A stretch of DNA of 64,000 bases from Geosiphon pyriformis uo1 (Eukaryota; Fungi; Glomeromycota): assembly GCA_016748015.1 (NCBI GenBank), contig JAAOMT010000479.1:337824-401823 (forward strand), read 5' to 3'. The position numbers and the translations under genes were made by a program. The notes beneath the pieces were generated by a model that was not told the DNA's origin, searched no databases, and saw only the letters and a list, made by a program, of their open reading frames with translations. Positions 1 to 11,546 of the stretch are shown piece after piece; the stretch's first letter is position 1; each line of letters begins with the position of its first letter.

Positions 1-186
1 TAGATTTGTGAGTAGTATTATCACTTACCAATTAATACAACAGCTTTAATAAACTGTTGACAGATCTGTCTAGACAGTTATTGTTACTACAAATAATATA
101 AAAAAGACCCCAGTAGAAAAAATTGATAACTTTCTCTTTACTATTAATGAAATTACTATTCTAATTAAAGTTCTTGTTATGGATGC

Positions 187-1029
187 TGTTACTTATAAAA
201 TATAGGAAGTATATTAGCACATAAATTAACCAATTAGAAGTAGCCATAGTAAATATGGAATTCCAAAATTTCTCTTAAGAAGAATTGCAAGATTTCAGAA
301 ATTTTAAGATTCTTATACAAAGAATTGCAGGATTCCAGAATTCCAGGATTTCTCTCAAAAGAAATTGCAGAATTCCAGGAATTCCAAAATACCTGGTGTG
401 AAGAATTGAAGAATTGAGGAATCTCAAATATGTATATATAGCGATAGTATTAGAAATAGAAAAAACAAACCTCCCAGTTTAAATTTGATCTAAACAATCT
501 TCTACATTACAAATAAATAATTATTTACTATTTTAATCTACTCTTCACTATCAACACTTTATGTTGATAGTAATTAATACTTAACTACACTAGAACAATA
601 GCTCTTGATCATGACTATTGACAGAATACTAACTTGTAATTGCTGTTACTTATTTCTTTATCTTCTTTATTTTTTTTTATTTCTTTTATTATTTCTTTGA
701 TTTTACTAAATTGATTAAAGATTAAACACTAAGATACAGACATTATAGGGACTGGTAAAAGACCCATGAAACAAGGGTAAAACACTCATAAATTTGAGGA
801 TAGCTTATCAGGAGAATTACCAGCCACCATGCTGAGAAAAAAATTTGATGGAATTGTAATTCTGGGAGACTACTAAAACAACTATTGAATCTCTGTCTAT
901 TATACAAAAGACTTTATAATCAAATCTTTAGATCAACAAAACTTTTAGATACCAATGCCAGAATATTAATTAAGCACCAAGTTACAGGTTTGTTATTTGA
1001 TTTGAGACCCCAAATAATTACCTGTAACA
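187..1029 (+). repeat. 5' LTR of Gypsy A
   Basis: Colinear with 18577-19418; TGTTAC/GTAACA termini; GGAATTCC/GAATTGCAG internal repeats. Confidence 0.95.
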
Positions 1030-1031
1030 TT

Positions 1032-1048
1032 TGATGCTCTCTGTGAAG
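1032..1048 (+). promoter_or_regulatory. Primer-binding site of Gypsy A (mutated TGG>TGA)
   Basis: TGATGCTCTCTGTGAAG begins 2 nt after the LTR end and resembles the complement of a tRNA 3' end (possibly elongator Met; not verified). Confidence 0.7.
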
Positions 1049-1091
1049 TATAATCTTACAGAAAACTAGCACTATTAACAATCATCTAAAA

Positions 1092-4000
1092 GTGGCAAAA
1101 TCAGAAATCATAGGAGCAAACCATTTAGGATTTACCAAATTCTTGTTTCAACAGTATAGCCAACAATTAGGATTAAACAATAACTACTTTCCAGCAGAAT
1201 CAGCCTTCAATTTTTATGTCAACAATAAAATCACAGACTGCTTAGGAAAAATGGTTAACATTGAATCTACAAGGGAAAATTTCTATACAGAATTATTTTA
1301 ACATATCAGCTTACCAAGAAACTACAGTTTTACACCAATCATCAAGGAAATCAATCAAACTATTGAAAGGTATACACAACAACAATTTCCCATTACCTAT
1401 GCAGACAAAGGCAAAGGAAGATTGCAAACACCAGCAGTAACACCAAAACAAATACAACCACTTACTTGGAAGAAAACCAGAGTTGAATCACCAACCAATC
1501 TATCATACCATTATATACCAGAAAGTGCCATTAATATCTTATCAGCAGACGCATCTACATTAAATATGACATCAACTTTTAGACAATTTCCATTTCAAAG
1601 TAAACAAAAAAGTGCAGAGTTACTAAGACCATATGGAGAATATTTTAAAGGATTTAAATTGTGATTACCAATGCCGATTACTGCCACTTCAACCAAATTT
1701 TGGAACCACAAGTCCATGGGAAGTAATAGAATCAGAAGAAGAAAAAAGTGAGAATCAGAAATTTACTTACCAAAACCCAATTCTAGAAAATCCAGAAGTC
1801 AAAACTCCAAACATTCAAACCCAGCAAACTCAACACAATCCAAACCCCAAAACAATTAATCAGCAAAACTTACCTCCAGTAATCGTTATTTATCAACCAC
1901 CAATTGAACCAATTATTGAACTAATTCAACAGCAGTCACTTCAACTACCTCAACAACCACAACAGCTGCTTTAATAGCTGTAACAACAACTTCAACAACC
2001 ACCACCACAACAAATTGTAACACCAATGGCATATGCTCCTATCACCAAACTTGAAAAATTTACCAGCAAAGAGGACAATGCCCAAGTGTGGCTAAATGAT
2101 GTGGAAAAAGCCATCACAACCAATGGATGAGATGATGCTAGAGCCATGCAAACTATCTCCTATTTTCTTCAGAATACTGCTAATTTATGGTACCAAAGCT
2201 TGGTTAACAAACCCCAAGATTTCAATGTATTCAAGCTTGCATTCCTACAATATTTCAGTAATAATAATAGCATTAACCACTTGGCAAACACTTTTACCAC
2301 CATCAAACAAGAGAAAAATGAAGCAGTCACTACTTATTTAGAATGTTTTCACAGAAATCTGTGCCAAATTCAGGCCATACAGGCTGATTATTTTACAGCA
2401 TCACAAATTCTAAATCAATTTATTAGAGGTCTGCACAATAGCATTCTTTAATGCGTATGTTTAATGCATCTGACAGATTTTCAAGCTGCCATTACAAATG
2501 CCAAAGATTTTGAAGCAGCTGAACTTGAAGCTAACCACATGCAAACTGTCAATCTAATAATAAATGGATCATTTAAATTGAATTCTAAGTTGAAACAATT
2601 TAGTGATTCCATCAACCAAAAATTAGAGGAATACTTAGCTAACAATTAGGCAATCTATTAACCTTCACAATGATAGAATAATTAATTAAATGCAAATTAT
2701 TTCCAGAATTAGTCATGTCTATCATCTTCAACCAATTAACAGTGACAGCAGAAGATGCATGTTTGCCACTACTGTAGTAAACAAAGACATTTGAGAATTG
2801 ACTGCAGGTTAAAAATAGATAACCAACAATCAGAAAATTAATATCAAAACTCTGATTGCTAGTTTCCAACTCCGAGTTATCAAACCAACTCAACACCATA
2901 TTAACCAACTTACCTGCCAATAACATAACAGCCAATATATCAACCACTCATATATCAATCCCCAGTTTATCAACCACAATCACCAATAATATATCAACCA
3001 CCACAGCCACAAATAATTTATCAGACACTTGCAGTTCAACCACCACCATTAAACCCAGCTCAAATGACATCAAAAAACCCTAGATCAAGAGTCACCCAAA
3101 ACTGGAGATCAATGATGGTTGTTTACCAACCAATTTTCAGTTTATCTAACCAGCCATCAGGATCATAACAGTGGAATTCAGAAACTGGGTATACTTAAAA
3201 CCCAAGTTTTCAGAACTATTTAAGTCTTCTGGTTACTCCAGAAGACACCTTATCCAACAACTTGGAGACAAACCAGAAATCACTTACCAACAACATACTT
3301 CCAGCCACTGTTATAGAAGATGAATCACTCACAGCTATATTTCCTTTCAAAATTGAGGACTCGACATCTACACTCTTGTTTAGTGAAGTCACACTTGAAG
3401 AAAAACCAATTACCACCATGTACACTGATGCCAAAGTCAATGGTCACTCTATTAAACTCATCTTAAACAGTGAGTCAGCAGACAGTATTATCACCAGACA
3501 ACTCATGAATCAATTAGGTTGCTAAGTTGACCATACTGTCAGTGCTAAGATTATAACAGCTGATAGAGCAATGAAAACTCCAATCAGCAAGATTAACAAT
3601 TTACCCATTAAAATCAATGGCATTATAGTACCCATCAAAGTCCTAGTGATGGAAGCAACACAGTATCAAGCACTTGTTGGCAATGACTGGCTGTCCAAAA
3701 CCAACACAACACTAGACTGGAACACACAGGAGCTTCAACTTAGCCAAAATGATCAACACACATGTGTACCAGCCATGTGTGGTCATTTCAAGACCACCAA
3801 CATGCCAATACCACTCATCAAATTAGAAGAAAAAAAAGAAAAACCTACCTGGAAAGCATACCAAGTCTCTTGGGCTGACAAAAACCACAATGAGCTACTA
3901 TTAATACTCTCTTGGGATGACAATAGAAAAGAAAAACAAAAAAAAGAACTTACCTGGAATACCAACCAAGCCTGGGAAACTGACAATGATCAAGACAAAC

Positions 4001-4233
4001 TAACAACAACTTGGAAGTGGAAAGAAGACAATCATAAAGAAAAAAAGAAAAAGAAGAAAAAAGATCCAATACCAATTACCACTCACTGTTCATATATTTA
4101 CAGTCAACTACAATTGTTTAATTATTGTTAACTGAAACTAGAGTGCATCAATTGTGGCAAGAAATTGTTATCACTGAATGCATGCTGTGACAATAATAAA
4201 GAATACCAGACAGCAACTAAGTTTTATTGCCAC
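1092..4233 (+). pseudogene. Gypsy A gag-protease-start of Cys-rich region (disrupted)
   Basis: Capsid-like MAYAPITKLEKF..NQFIRGL; protease LILNSESADS (from DSGS) and QYQALVGNDWL; many transition-generated stops. Confidence 0.85.
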
Positions 4234-5089
4234 TGTTACAGTTTAAGAATTTAGCAAAAAGAATCATAAAAATAATACAAACTATTCAATCATAATATAG
4301 TACAGTAATAATCTTAGAAAGGTAATGATTAACATAGTAGCAAACACCATCTCACGATAGTGGCAAGCACCAGTTCACAATAGCAGCTAACACCAACTAG
4401 TGATAACAGCAAACACCAGGTTGAAATATCAAAAAGAAAGTATTTTCTCGTAAAACTACAAATATGTATATATACAGTAGTTTTAATATTGGGAAATAAT
4501 CAATCAAGTAATAAAAATCATAACTTATCAAGCAACAGATCCAATTTTATCCAACACACTCCACTTTAAATCATACTTTCAAATTAAATATCCCAAGAAA
4601 TCTTTAAAAATCAAAAAGAAATGAAAAAAAATATTTAAAACGGAACTATCACAACCCAAAGTATTAAGAAACTTACTTGTATTATTTATTGAATGAAACT
4701 ATCATTCATCAACTGAATCCCTTGGAAGAATAATCCTTGATCAAGATTATTCACGTTGTTACTAATTGATAAAAGCTTTATTGTGAGAATTAGAAAAGCG
4801 CTAAAGACCATTAACATTCTGTGTTTCTAGATTAGAGAAACACATCAGACAATTGCAAGGATAGCCTCAGAGAAAACCACAGACAGTGGGTAGATTTCAG
4901 TTCAGCCTCTGAGAAGGAGTACATAAACACACACAACAATCAAGAATTAAAGAAGCAACAGTAAAAAGAAAGCCTTTAGTGTAACAGTAACATTATCACA
5001 CAAATAGAATTGAGGAACTCACGAAAGACTGATTGCAATTAAAGCGGGATATCAGCAATTAAATATAACAAGAAAACCATCCCGTAACA
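4234..5089 (+). repeat. 5' LTR of Gypsy B
   Basis: TGTTAC...GTAACA; 3' half nearly identical to 13065-13449; four ~23-bp tandem units at ~4335-4422. Confidence 0.93.
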
Positions 5090-5091
5090 TT

Positions 5092-5108
5092 TGGTGAACC
5101 CTATGAGG
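5092..5108 (+). promoter_or_regulatory. Primer-binding site of Gypsy B
   Basis: TGGTGAACCCTATGAGG, 2 nt after the LTR; TGG is complementary to tRNA CCA. Confidence 0.8.
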
Positions 5109-5171
5109 AAAGAAAATCAAAAAGGAAATAATAATTAGCAATAATTTATTGCTAAAAAGGAAAAGACAAAA

Positions 5172-6965
5172 GTGGCGACAAAAACCCCTAATCTTACTGT
5201 TCTTGAATTTTGCCGTGCTATTTACACACAAAATCAGAGTGATCTTGAATTACCAGAAGAGTGTTGTCCAGCAGAATCTGCCCTCACTTATTATATCAAC
5301 GCCAGAATAAATTATCATATAGGAAAGGAAGAAGAACCACACGACGCAAAACTTGGATTGTATAGAGAATTATCACAATACACTACAAAAGAAGTAGCAG
5401 TAATAGCCGCAACTATTGTTAAAATCCATCAAGAAATTGAGCAATACGCCAACGAAAATTTTCCAATATCCACAGGAAACACTAGGGAACACGCCAACAA
5501 AACCAAAGAAAATTTAGAAACTAATCAGGAAAGTAACCAGCAAAAACTAGGAACACTAGCTCAAACGCCAAAGAAAACTGTCATTCAATCAATAAAGAAA
5601 CAACGTATTTATTCACCAGAAGATAAATCATACCATTTTTCACCAGAAAATAAGATACAAATTCCATTAGGAGCTGCATCATCATCAACATCAACTTCAC
5701 AAACGCCAAGAACTTCTAGTTATATTGATAAAATTAAACAACGTAACTGGGGAGACATACCAATTACAGGAGGATATTCATCACTATTCCAAAACCCTCT
5801 TTTTCAGCCAAAATTTAGAACGGGGTTTGAAAACTGTAAAGAGGAGTCTGAATCAGAATCCAAAAAAGAGACCAGTGAAAAAACAATCACAAAACCAGTC
5901 ACTGGAACAAGCAGCCAGTCCAGAAACCAAGAAACTCGTGATCAAGAGGAAGAACTGGATATAAGAGAAGCCACCTTTAGAAACACTCAAGAAAATATCA
6001 TCCCACCTCCTCTTAGACCAATAAATCCACCAGTAGAAAATGGCAACGAAATGACCACACCATACATTGCAAGACTAACAGATTTCTCAGGAGAGGAAGA
6101 AGAAACGGACGTGCACACATGGCTCAGAGAAGCACAAAAAGCCATCCAGGCAAATAACTAGAACAACCAAAGAGCAATTCAAACATTACCTTTCTTCCTG
6201 AAAGGCACAGCTGACTCGTGGTATCAAAGCCTGGAAACAAAACCCATGAGCTTTGCCGAATTTAAAAATGCACTCCTGGAGTATTTTAGTGACCTAAACA
6301 TCGTAATCCAACTACAAAACAAATTCAATACTATCAAGCAAAATACTGGTGAAACTGTCACCCAATACCTTGCTCGATTCAATCGAATTCGCCGTCAGAT
6401 TGAAGTGATTGAACAAGGATACTACACTGATCCTCAGGTTTTAAATCAGTTTATTAGAGGATTAAAAAGCAGCATTTTAGGAAGAGTACGCTCTGCCCAC
6501 CCTAATTCCTTACCAGAAGCCGTTACACTCGCTAGAGCCCTTAAATCGGCTGAGAAAGAAGCTAACCATAGTCAAATGGTTAATATGGTAATGGAGGAAA
6601 ATAAGACAGAAACATTAGAGAAAAGAGTAACGTGATTAGGGGAGGAACTCTCTAAGAAAATAGAAAGTTACCTCATCCTGGATCTGAAAAAAAATACATA
6701 CCAACCACCCCAAAGACGCAGCCAGGAAGTCAGTGACAGTCGAAATAATCGCTCATCGCGCCAAGAATTCAGAACAGAAACATGCGCCTGCCATTTTTGC
6801 AAATGCATAGGACATTTGATTAGTCAATGTCGAACACGAATGATGCAAGAAGCACGCGAAAATAATTACTACGCGCCACCCCAAATGCCCAGAAACCAGT
6901 ACACGCCAATACCACGCCAATATCCCATCACGTATCAAAATCAAGGAGCTTACTAGCAACAGCCC
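5172..6965 (+). pseudogene. Gypsy B gag (N-terminal extension, capsid, CCHC knuckle) with a few premature stops, in frame with pol
   Basis: ORFs at 5172, 6246 and 6966 share one frame; LNQFIRGLK capsid motif; CHFCKCIGHLISQC knuckle at ~6790; the stops are TAG/TGA derivable from TGG/CGA/CAG. Confidence 0.88.
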
Positions 6966-9900
6966 ATGATAGCCAACCCGAATTGGCATCCTGAGGCCCA
7001 AAATCAGCCCATGTGGAACCAAAATGCGTTGGTCCAAAGGAATCCAAACCGCGCCGGAACCAATCAGCAAACCAATCCAAACTACCAAAATTATCAACAA
7101 ACTTATCTTAATATACTGAAAAACCTGATCATCGGAAACAATGACGGTAGAAACATAAACAGAACCAAAAATTCCTCCAAATTGAGCCAGACAATACCAC
7201 CAGCAGTTGCCACCAAAGATAGCAGCCTCACAGCTATTTTTCCTTTTGAATTAAAGGAAAACGAGGCTATGTTCAGTGGAGCAGCATTGGACGAAAAACG
7301 CCCAATCACTGCTATGTATACGGAAGCCACTGTAAACAATACCTCAATCAAACTTATCTTAGACAGCGGATCTGCTGGAAGCATCGTAATGCTTCAACTA
7401 GTAAACCAACTGGGTTTCAAAGTTGATCGTGCTGCAATGTCCCAAATCATAACAGCCGATGGAAGTACAAAGCTGCTTCATGGCAAAATCAACTCATTCC
7501 CTTTCGAAATTAACGGCATAGTAATACCTACAAAAGTATTAGTAATAGATGCTACACAATATCAAGCGTTAATAGGGAATGACTGGCTAACAAAAGCCAA
7601 CGCCACCCTAGACTGGACTACCCAAGAGCTTCTGATCAATTATAATGGCCACCAGGCCAAAATTCCAGCCACCTGTGGCCACTTCCAAAAACCCAGTGCC
7701 AACCAAAGACCTACCTTCGAATTTGAGGAAAATCCAGCACTACCAGCCATCAAAACCTATCAGCTCTCTTGGGCTGATGACCAAAGAACAGGACTACCAG
7801 CCGTACCAACGTGGACCAGCGAAGAAAAATCCGAATGGAACCAGGTAAGTTCACGAAGAAACCACCAGCGATGCAGACCAAAGCTAGAATGCTCAGTTTG
7901 CAAGAAGAAACTCTCGTCTATGACTGTGTGCAGCACACCGGACGAAGACCCAAGAAACCCCACCCACTACTATTGTAACCGTTGTAACAAAGAAAAATAC
8001 GGTTACCAAGAAAGACACGGAAAATGGGACGAAGAACCGTGCCTCGCTTGTGGAGAACCATTACCAAGAGGGTGCGACTGGAACGACTTACCAGGCAGAG
8101 GAGGAACGTGTGACGCAACTTGCCAATACACGATCCTCATCTGTGACTGGGTAAGAGGAGGAACGCCGTTCGAAGCAGTGTTCAACAGAGCGTTAAAAAG
8201 ACTACAGCACTACCCACACGACGAGGACAAGTTGTACAACACCGCACAAGCCAAAGTAAGAGGAGGAACCACCGAAGAAATACGACGTTGGAAAGAGTCA
8301 GCCGAAGTAGCCGACGAAGTCGCCAGCTACAACATGTTCGACCCAGTGGACGAATTCCAGGACTACTACCAACAACTATGCCCCACTCGACAAGAGCAAG
8401 AACAATATCTCGCCCAAATCAACACTTACCTCTGCGAAAACTGTCTCATCCCATGCCAAAATCAGTGCTGTGAAGAGTGTCAAGACGAAAGGGACTTAGA
8501 AAGAAAAATGGAAATTGAGAATCAGCAGTCTCAAAATCAATCAATAAATCAACAAGACTCACTTGACGGTCCCGAGTCAGAAAAATTTGTAGCCTATACC
8601 AACATAAAACAGGTGACCAACATCCAATACTTCGACAACGGGCACTTAGGAATAATACCCGAAAGAGCCCATCCAACTGACGCCGGATTCGATCTACATT
8701 ATCCGAAAGACCAATCCACAACGTTACCACCCAGGAGCATCACCAAAATCGACCTAAAAATAGCAGTTGAAATTCTGCCAGGAATAATGGTTCAAATGGC
8801 GTTGCGATCAAGCCTTGCGAAAAAAGGAATAAGCGTTCAAGGAGGAGTAATTGACTCCGGATACACTGGAAATTTGATGGTTTTGCTACAGAACAATTCA
8901 GAAAAGCTTTATACCATTGAATCTAAGGAAAAGATTGCACAAGCAATTTTCCTACCATTGGTAAAAATTGGGAAATTCATGCCAGTGGAAAATCATGAGG
9001 AATTGTCACAAACAACGAGAGGAACTTTTGGTTTCGGATCGACAGGAAAAAGAATTGAAGCGAATTTTGCTGAAACAATAAAGGAAAAAAGCAAAGTAAT
9101 TAAAAATGAGCGGTCTATCATGCTCTTACCATATGGAAAATCAGAAATAAGAATAAAAAAGACAATTAAAGAAAAAGACCTAATATTTGAGCCCTACCCA
9201 GAAACTTGTCAACAGTTTCTCATAGGACTTACTAACCTTTTTATTCCAGCTGATAAAGCTCAATGGATAAAAATTTTTATCGCAAACACCACAGAAGAAT
9301 CCGTCTACATTCCGGAAAATACCATCATTGGATACCTCGGAACGGAGCTAGAAAATGCGTCAACACCACAAGAAATTCTAAATTTCCCAGAAATCGCCCT
9401 CTACTGTGAACTCACTTCAATAAATTGGCAACAACCGGTAGAATGCTATCAATTTACGCCAGAAGAATTGGCCAAATTAAACATTGGAACAATGGATCCC
9501 GACCAACAGCGACAATTAAAAGCATTAATTTTAAAATACTCTGATATATTTTTAAGAAATAGCGAATTTAGAAGAACCAACTTGGTTCAACACCAAATCC
9601 CCACTGGAGACGCCAGACCTGAAAAACAACGCGCTTACCATGTCCCACCAATGGAGCATAATTTTATCAGAGAAGAAGTCCAAAGCATGTTGGAAAAAAG
9701 AATAATACAACCATCAATGAGCCCATGGTCCTTACCAGTTGTTTTAGTAAGGAAAAAAAACGGAAAAATTAGATTTTGCGTCAACTATCGCAAACTAAAC
9801 AGCAAAACAACCAAAGACTCATACCCAATACCGTTAATTGACGAAATCTTTGACATTTTTGGAGGAGCAAAATGGTTTTCTACACTGGACTTGACCAGTG

Positions 9901-10880
9901 GGTACTGGCAAGTGGAAATGGACCCAAAGGACAGGCATAAAACAGCATTCACAACACAAAATGGCAATTATGAGTTCAATGTAATGCCATTTGGATTAAC
10001 AAACACTCCCGCGACATTCGAAAGACTAATGGACGTAATTTACTCTGGAATCTTGTGGCAATCCATTGTTGTCTACTTGGATGATACAAATGTTTTCTCG
10101 TCAAAATTCACGGATCATCTTCAACATTTACAACAAGTTTTTGAGAGATTGAGACACATTGGACTTAAACTAAATCTAGAAAAATGTTTCTTTGGGAAAA
10201 ATGAGCTAGCATTTTTAGGACACGTAGTTGGAAAAGATGGAATAAAACCAGATCCATCAAAAATAGACAAAGTGAAAAATTTTCCAGTACCTCGAAATGT
10301 TTCAGAAGTTAGAAGCTTTTTAGGACTTGCATCTTACTACTGCCACTTTGTAGAAAACTTTTCAAACATCGCCAAACCCCTTAATTACCTACTATCTAAA
10401 AATGTGAAGTTTGAATGGACTGAAGCACAACAAAAAGCTTTTGAGTACCTTAGACAAAAGCTCATTGAATCACCAATAATGATCTATCCGAATTTCAACA
10501 AGAAATTTATTTTGGTCACAGATGCCTCTAGAACTGGACTTGGAGCCATTCTGTCACAAAAAGATGATAATAGAAGAGAACGTGTAATCGCTTATGCCAG
10601 CAGAAGTCTCAGTACGGTAGAACAAAACTACGCAGCACATAAACTTGAATGCTTAGCAGTAGTCTGGAATTGTGTTCACTTTAACACATATTTACGGTAC
10701 CAACCCTTTGAGATTACGACAGATCATAGAGGTCTGGTCTGGTTAAATAACAAGAAAGCGCTAAAAGGAAAATACGCCAGATGGTCACAAATGTTAGCAC
10801 CATATAATTATATTATCAAATACAAAGAAGGTACCAAAAATGCTAATGCCGACTGTTTGTCAAGAATGAGACACACATAA
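6966..10880 (+). CDS. pol: Gypsy B pol: aspartic protease - Cys-rich domain - dUTPase - RT - RNase H (no integrase)
   Basis: LILDSGSAGS; AHPTDAGFDL/RSSLAKKG/GVIDSGYTG/RGTFGFGSTG; LDLTSGYWQV, MPFGL, YLDD; TDASRTGLGA..NADCLSR, then stop. Confidence 0.95.
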   Translation: MIANPNWHPEAQNQPMWNQNALVQRNPNRAGTNQQTNPNYQNYQQTYLNILKNLIIGNNDGRNINRTKNSSKLSQTIPPAVATKDSSLTAIFPFELKENEAMFSGAALDEKRPITAMYTEATVNNTSIKLILDSGSAGSIVMLQLVNQLGFKVDRAAMSQIITADGSTKLLHGKINSFPFEINGIVIPTKVLVIDATQYQALIGNDWLTKANATLDWTTQELLINYNGHQAKIPATCGHFQKPSANQRPTFEFEENPALPAIKTYQLSWADDQRTGLPAVPTWTSEEKSEWNQVSSRRNHQRCRPKLECSVCKKKLSSMTVCSTPDEDPRNPTHYYCNRCNKEKYGYQERHGKWDEEPCLACGEPLPRGCDWNDLPGRGGTCDATCQYTILICDWVRGGTPFEAVFNRALKRLQHYPHDEDKLYNTAQAKVRGGTTEEIRRWKESAEVADEVASYNMFDPVDEFQDYYQQLCPTRQEQEQYLAQINTYLCENCLIPCQNQCCEECQDERDLERKMEIENQQSQNQSINQQDSLDGPESEKFVAYTNIKQVTNIQYFDNGHLGIIPERAHPTDAGFDLHYPKDQSTTLPPRSITKIDLKIAVEILPGIMVQMALRSSLAKKGISVQGGVIDSGYTGNLMVLLQNNSEKLYTIESKEKIAQAIFLPLVKIGKFMPVENHEELSQTTRGTFGFGSTGKRIEANFAETIKEKSKVIKNERSIMLLPYGKSEIRIKKTIKEKDLIFEPYPETCQQFLIGLTNLFIPADKAQWIKIFIANTTEESVYIPENTIIGYLGTELENASTPQEILNFPEIALYCELTSINWQQPVECYQFTPEELAKLNIGTMDPDQQRQLKALILKYSDIFLRNSEFRRTNLVQHQIPTGDARPEKQRAYHVPPMEHNFIREEVQSMLEKRIIQPSMSPWSLPVVLVRKKNGKIRFCVNYRKLNSKTTKDSYPIPLIDEIFDIFGGAKWFSTLDLTSGYWQVEMDPKDRHKTAFTTQNGNYEFNVMPFGLTNTPATFERLMDVIYSGILWQSIVVYLDDTNVFSSKFTDHLQHLQQVFERLRHIGLKLNLEKCFFGKNELAFLGHVVGKDGIKPDPSKIDKVKNFPVPRNVSEVRSFLGLASYYCHFVENFSNIAKPLNYLLSKNVKFEWTEAQQKAFEYLRQKLIESPIMIYPNFNKKFILVTDASRTGLGAILSQKDDNRRERVIAYASRSLSTVEQNYAAHKLECLAVVWNCVHFNTYLRYQPFEITTDHRGLVWLNNKKALKGKYARWSQMLAPYNYIIKYKEGTKNANADCLSRMRHT

Positions 10881-10987
10881 AAATCATCAACTCACCTGCC
10901 ACAACAACAATGAACAACCATCTTTACAAAAACCTCAGCCAATACTTGGAAACACTACAAATAGACGAAGAAATACCAGTAAAAGAG

Positions 10988-11006
10988 CTGTCTCTTATAC
11001 ACATCT
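10988..11006 (+). other. Tn5 mosaic end / Nextera adapter (assembly contamination)
   Basis: Exact CTGTCTCTTATACACATCT at a chimeric junction. Confidence 0.97.
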
Positions 11007-11546
11007 ATTTTATATTCACAAAATACTTGGAAATGGAGCATACAAGCTAAGACTAGATGATAAAATATTAAGAAAAGCAGCACATGGTAACCGGCTGAAA
11101 TTCTATTACAGTAAACCAGTAATAACAACAAAAACACCCAGAATTGGAACACAATTACCTTTAATTCTACCAGAACAAATTCCACGAGATTTAGAACCAA
11201 TAGTTTTAATTGAACATTATTCGAAAAGATAATTAATCTTAGATCACAGCAAAAATGATTTAACAATCATAAAAACGCATGCAAAAGATTCCAAAATAAC
11301 AGTCAAAATTAAAACAATGATACTTATTCCAGAAAACATCAACAATATAACTCAACAATTAGTTGAAAGCTTACAACAATTAAAATCCGATCTAGAAATC
11401 ACAGTTAATAGCTCCAAAATAACATACATAAAAAGAACAATAGAAAATCCAAAAACAAGAAAAGAACATAATTTCGAACCATATAATATTGCCAAATATA
11501 ACAACAAATTTATTAGCAAAGTTATTGAAAAATTAGAGATAGCATT
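11007..11546 (+). repeat. Misplaced copy of the integrase 3' end plus ORF3 start (matches ~12654-13044 and extends further)
   Basis: Near-identical to the downstream copy; bounded by the adapter and a 20-N gap. Confidence 0.9.

Noticed and set aside
255-420. GGAATTCC arrays as a CRISPR array or perfect heat-shock elements
   Set aside because: No unique spacers or cas genes, and they lie inside LTRs. GAATTC lacks the 2-nt spacing of nGAAnnTTCn; only partial TTCnnGAA units occur.
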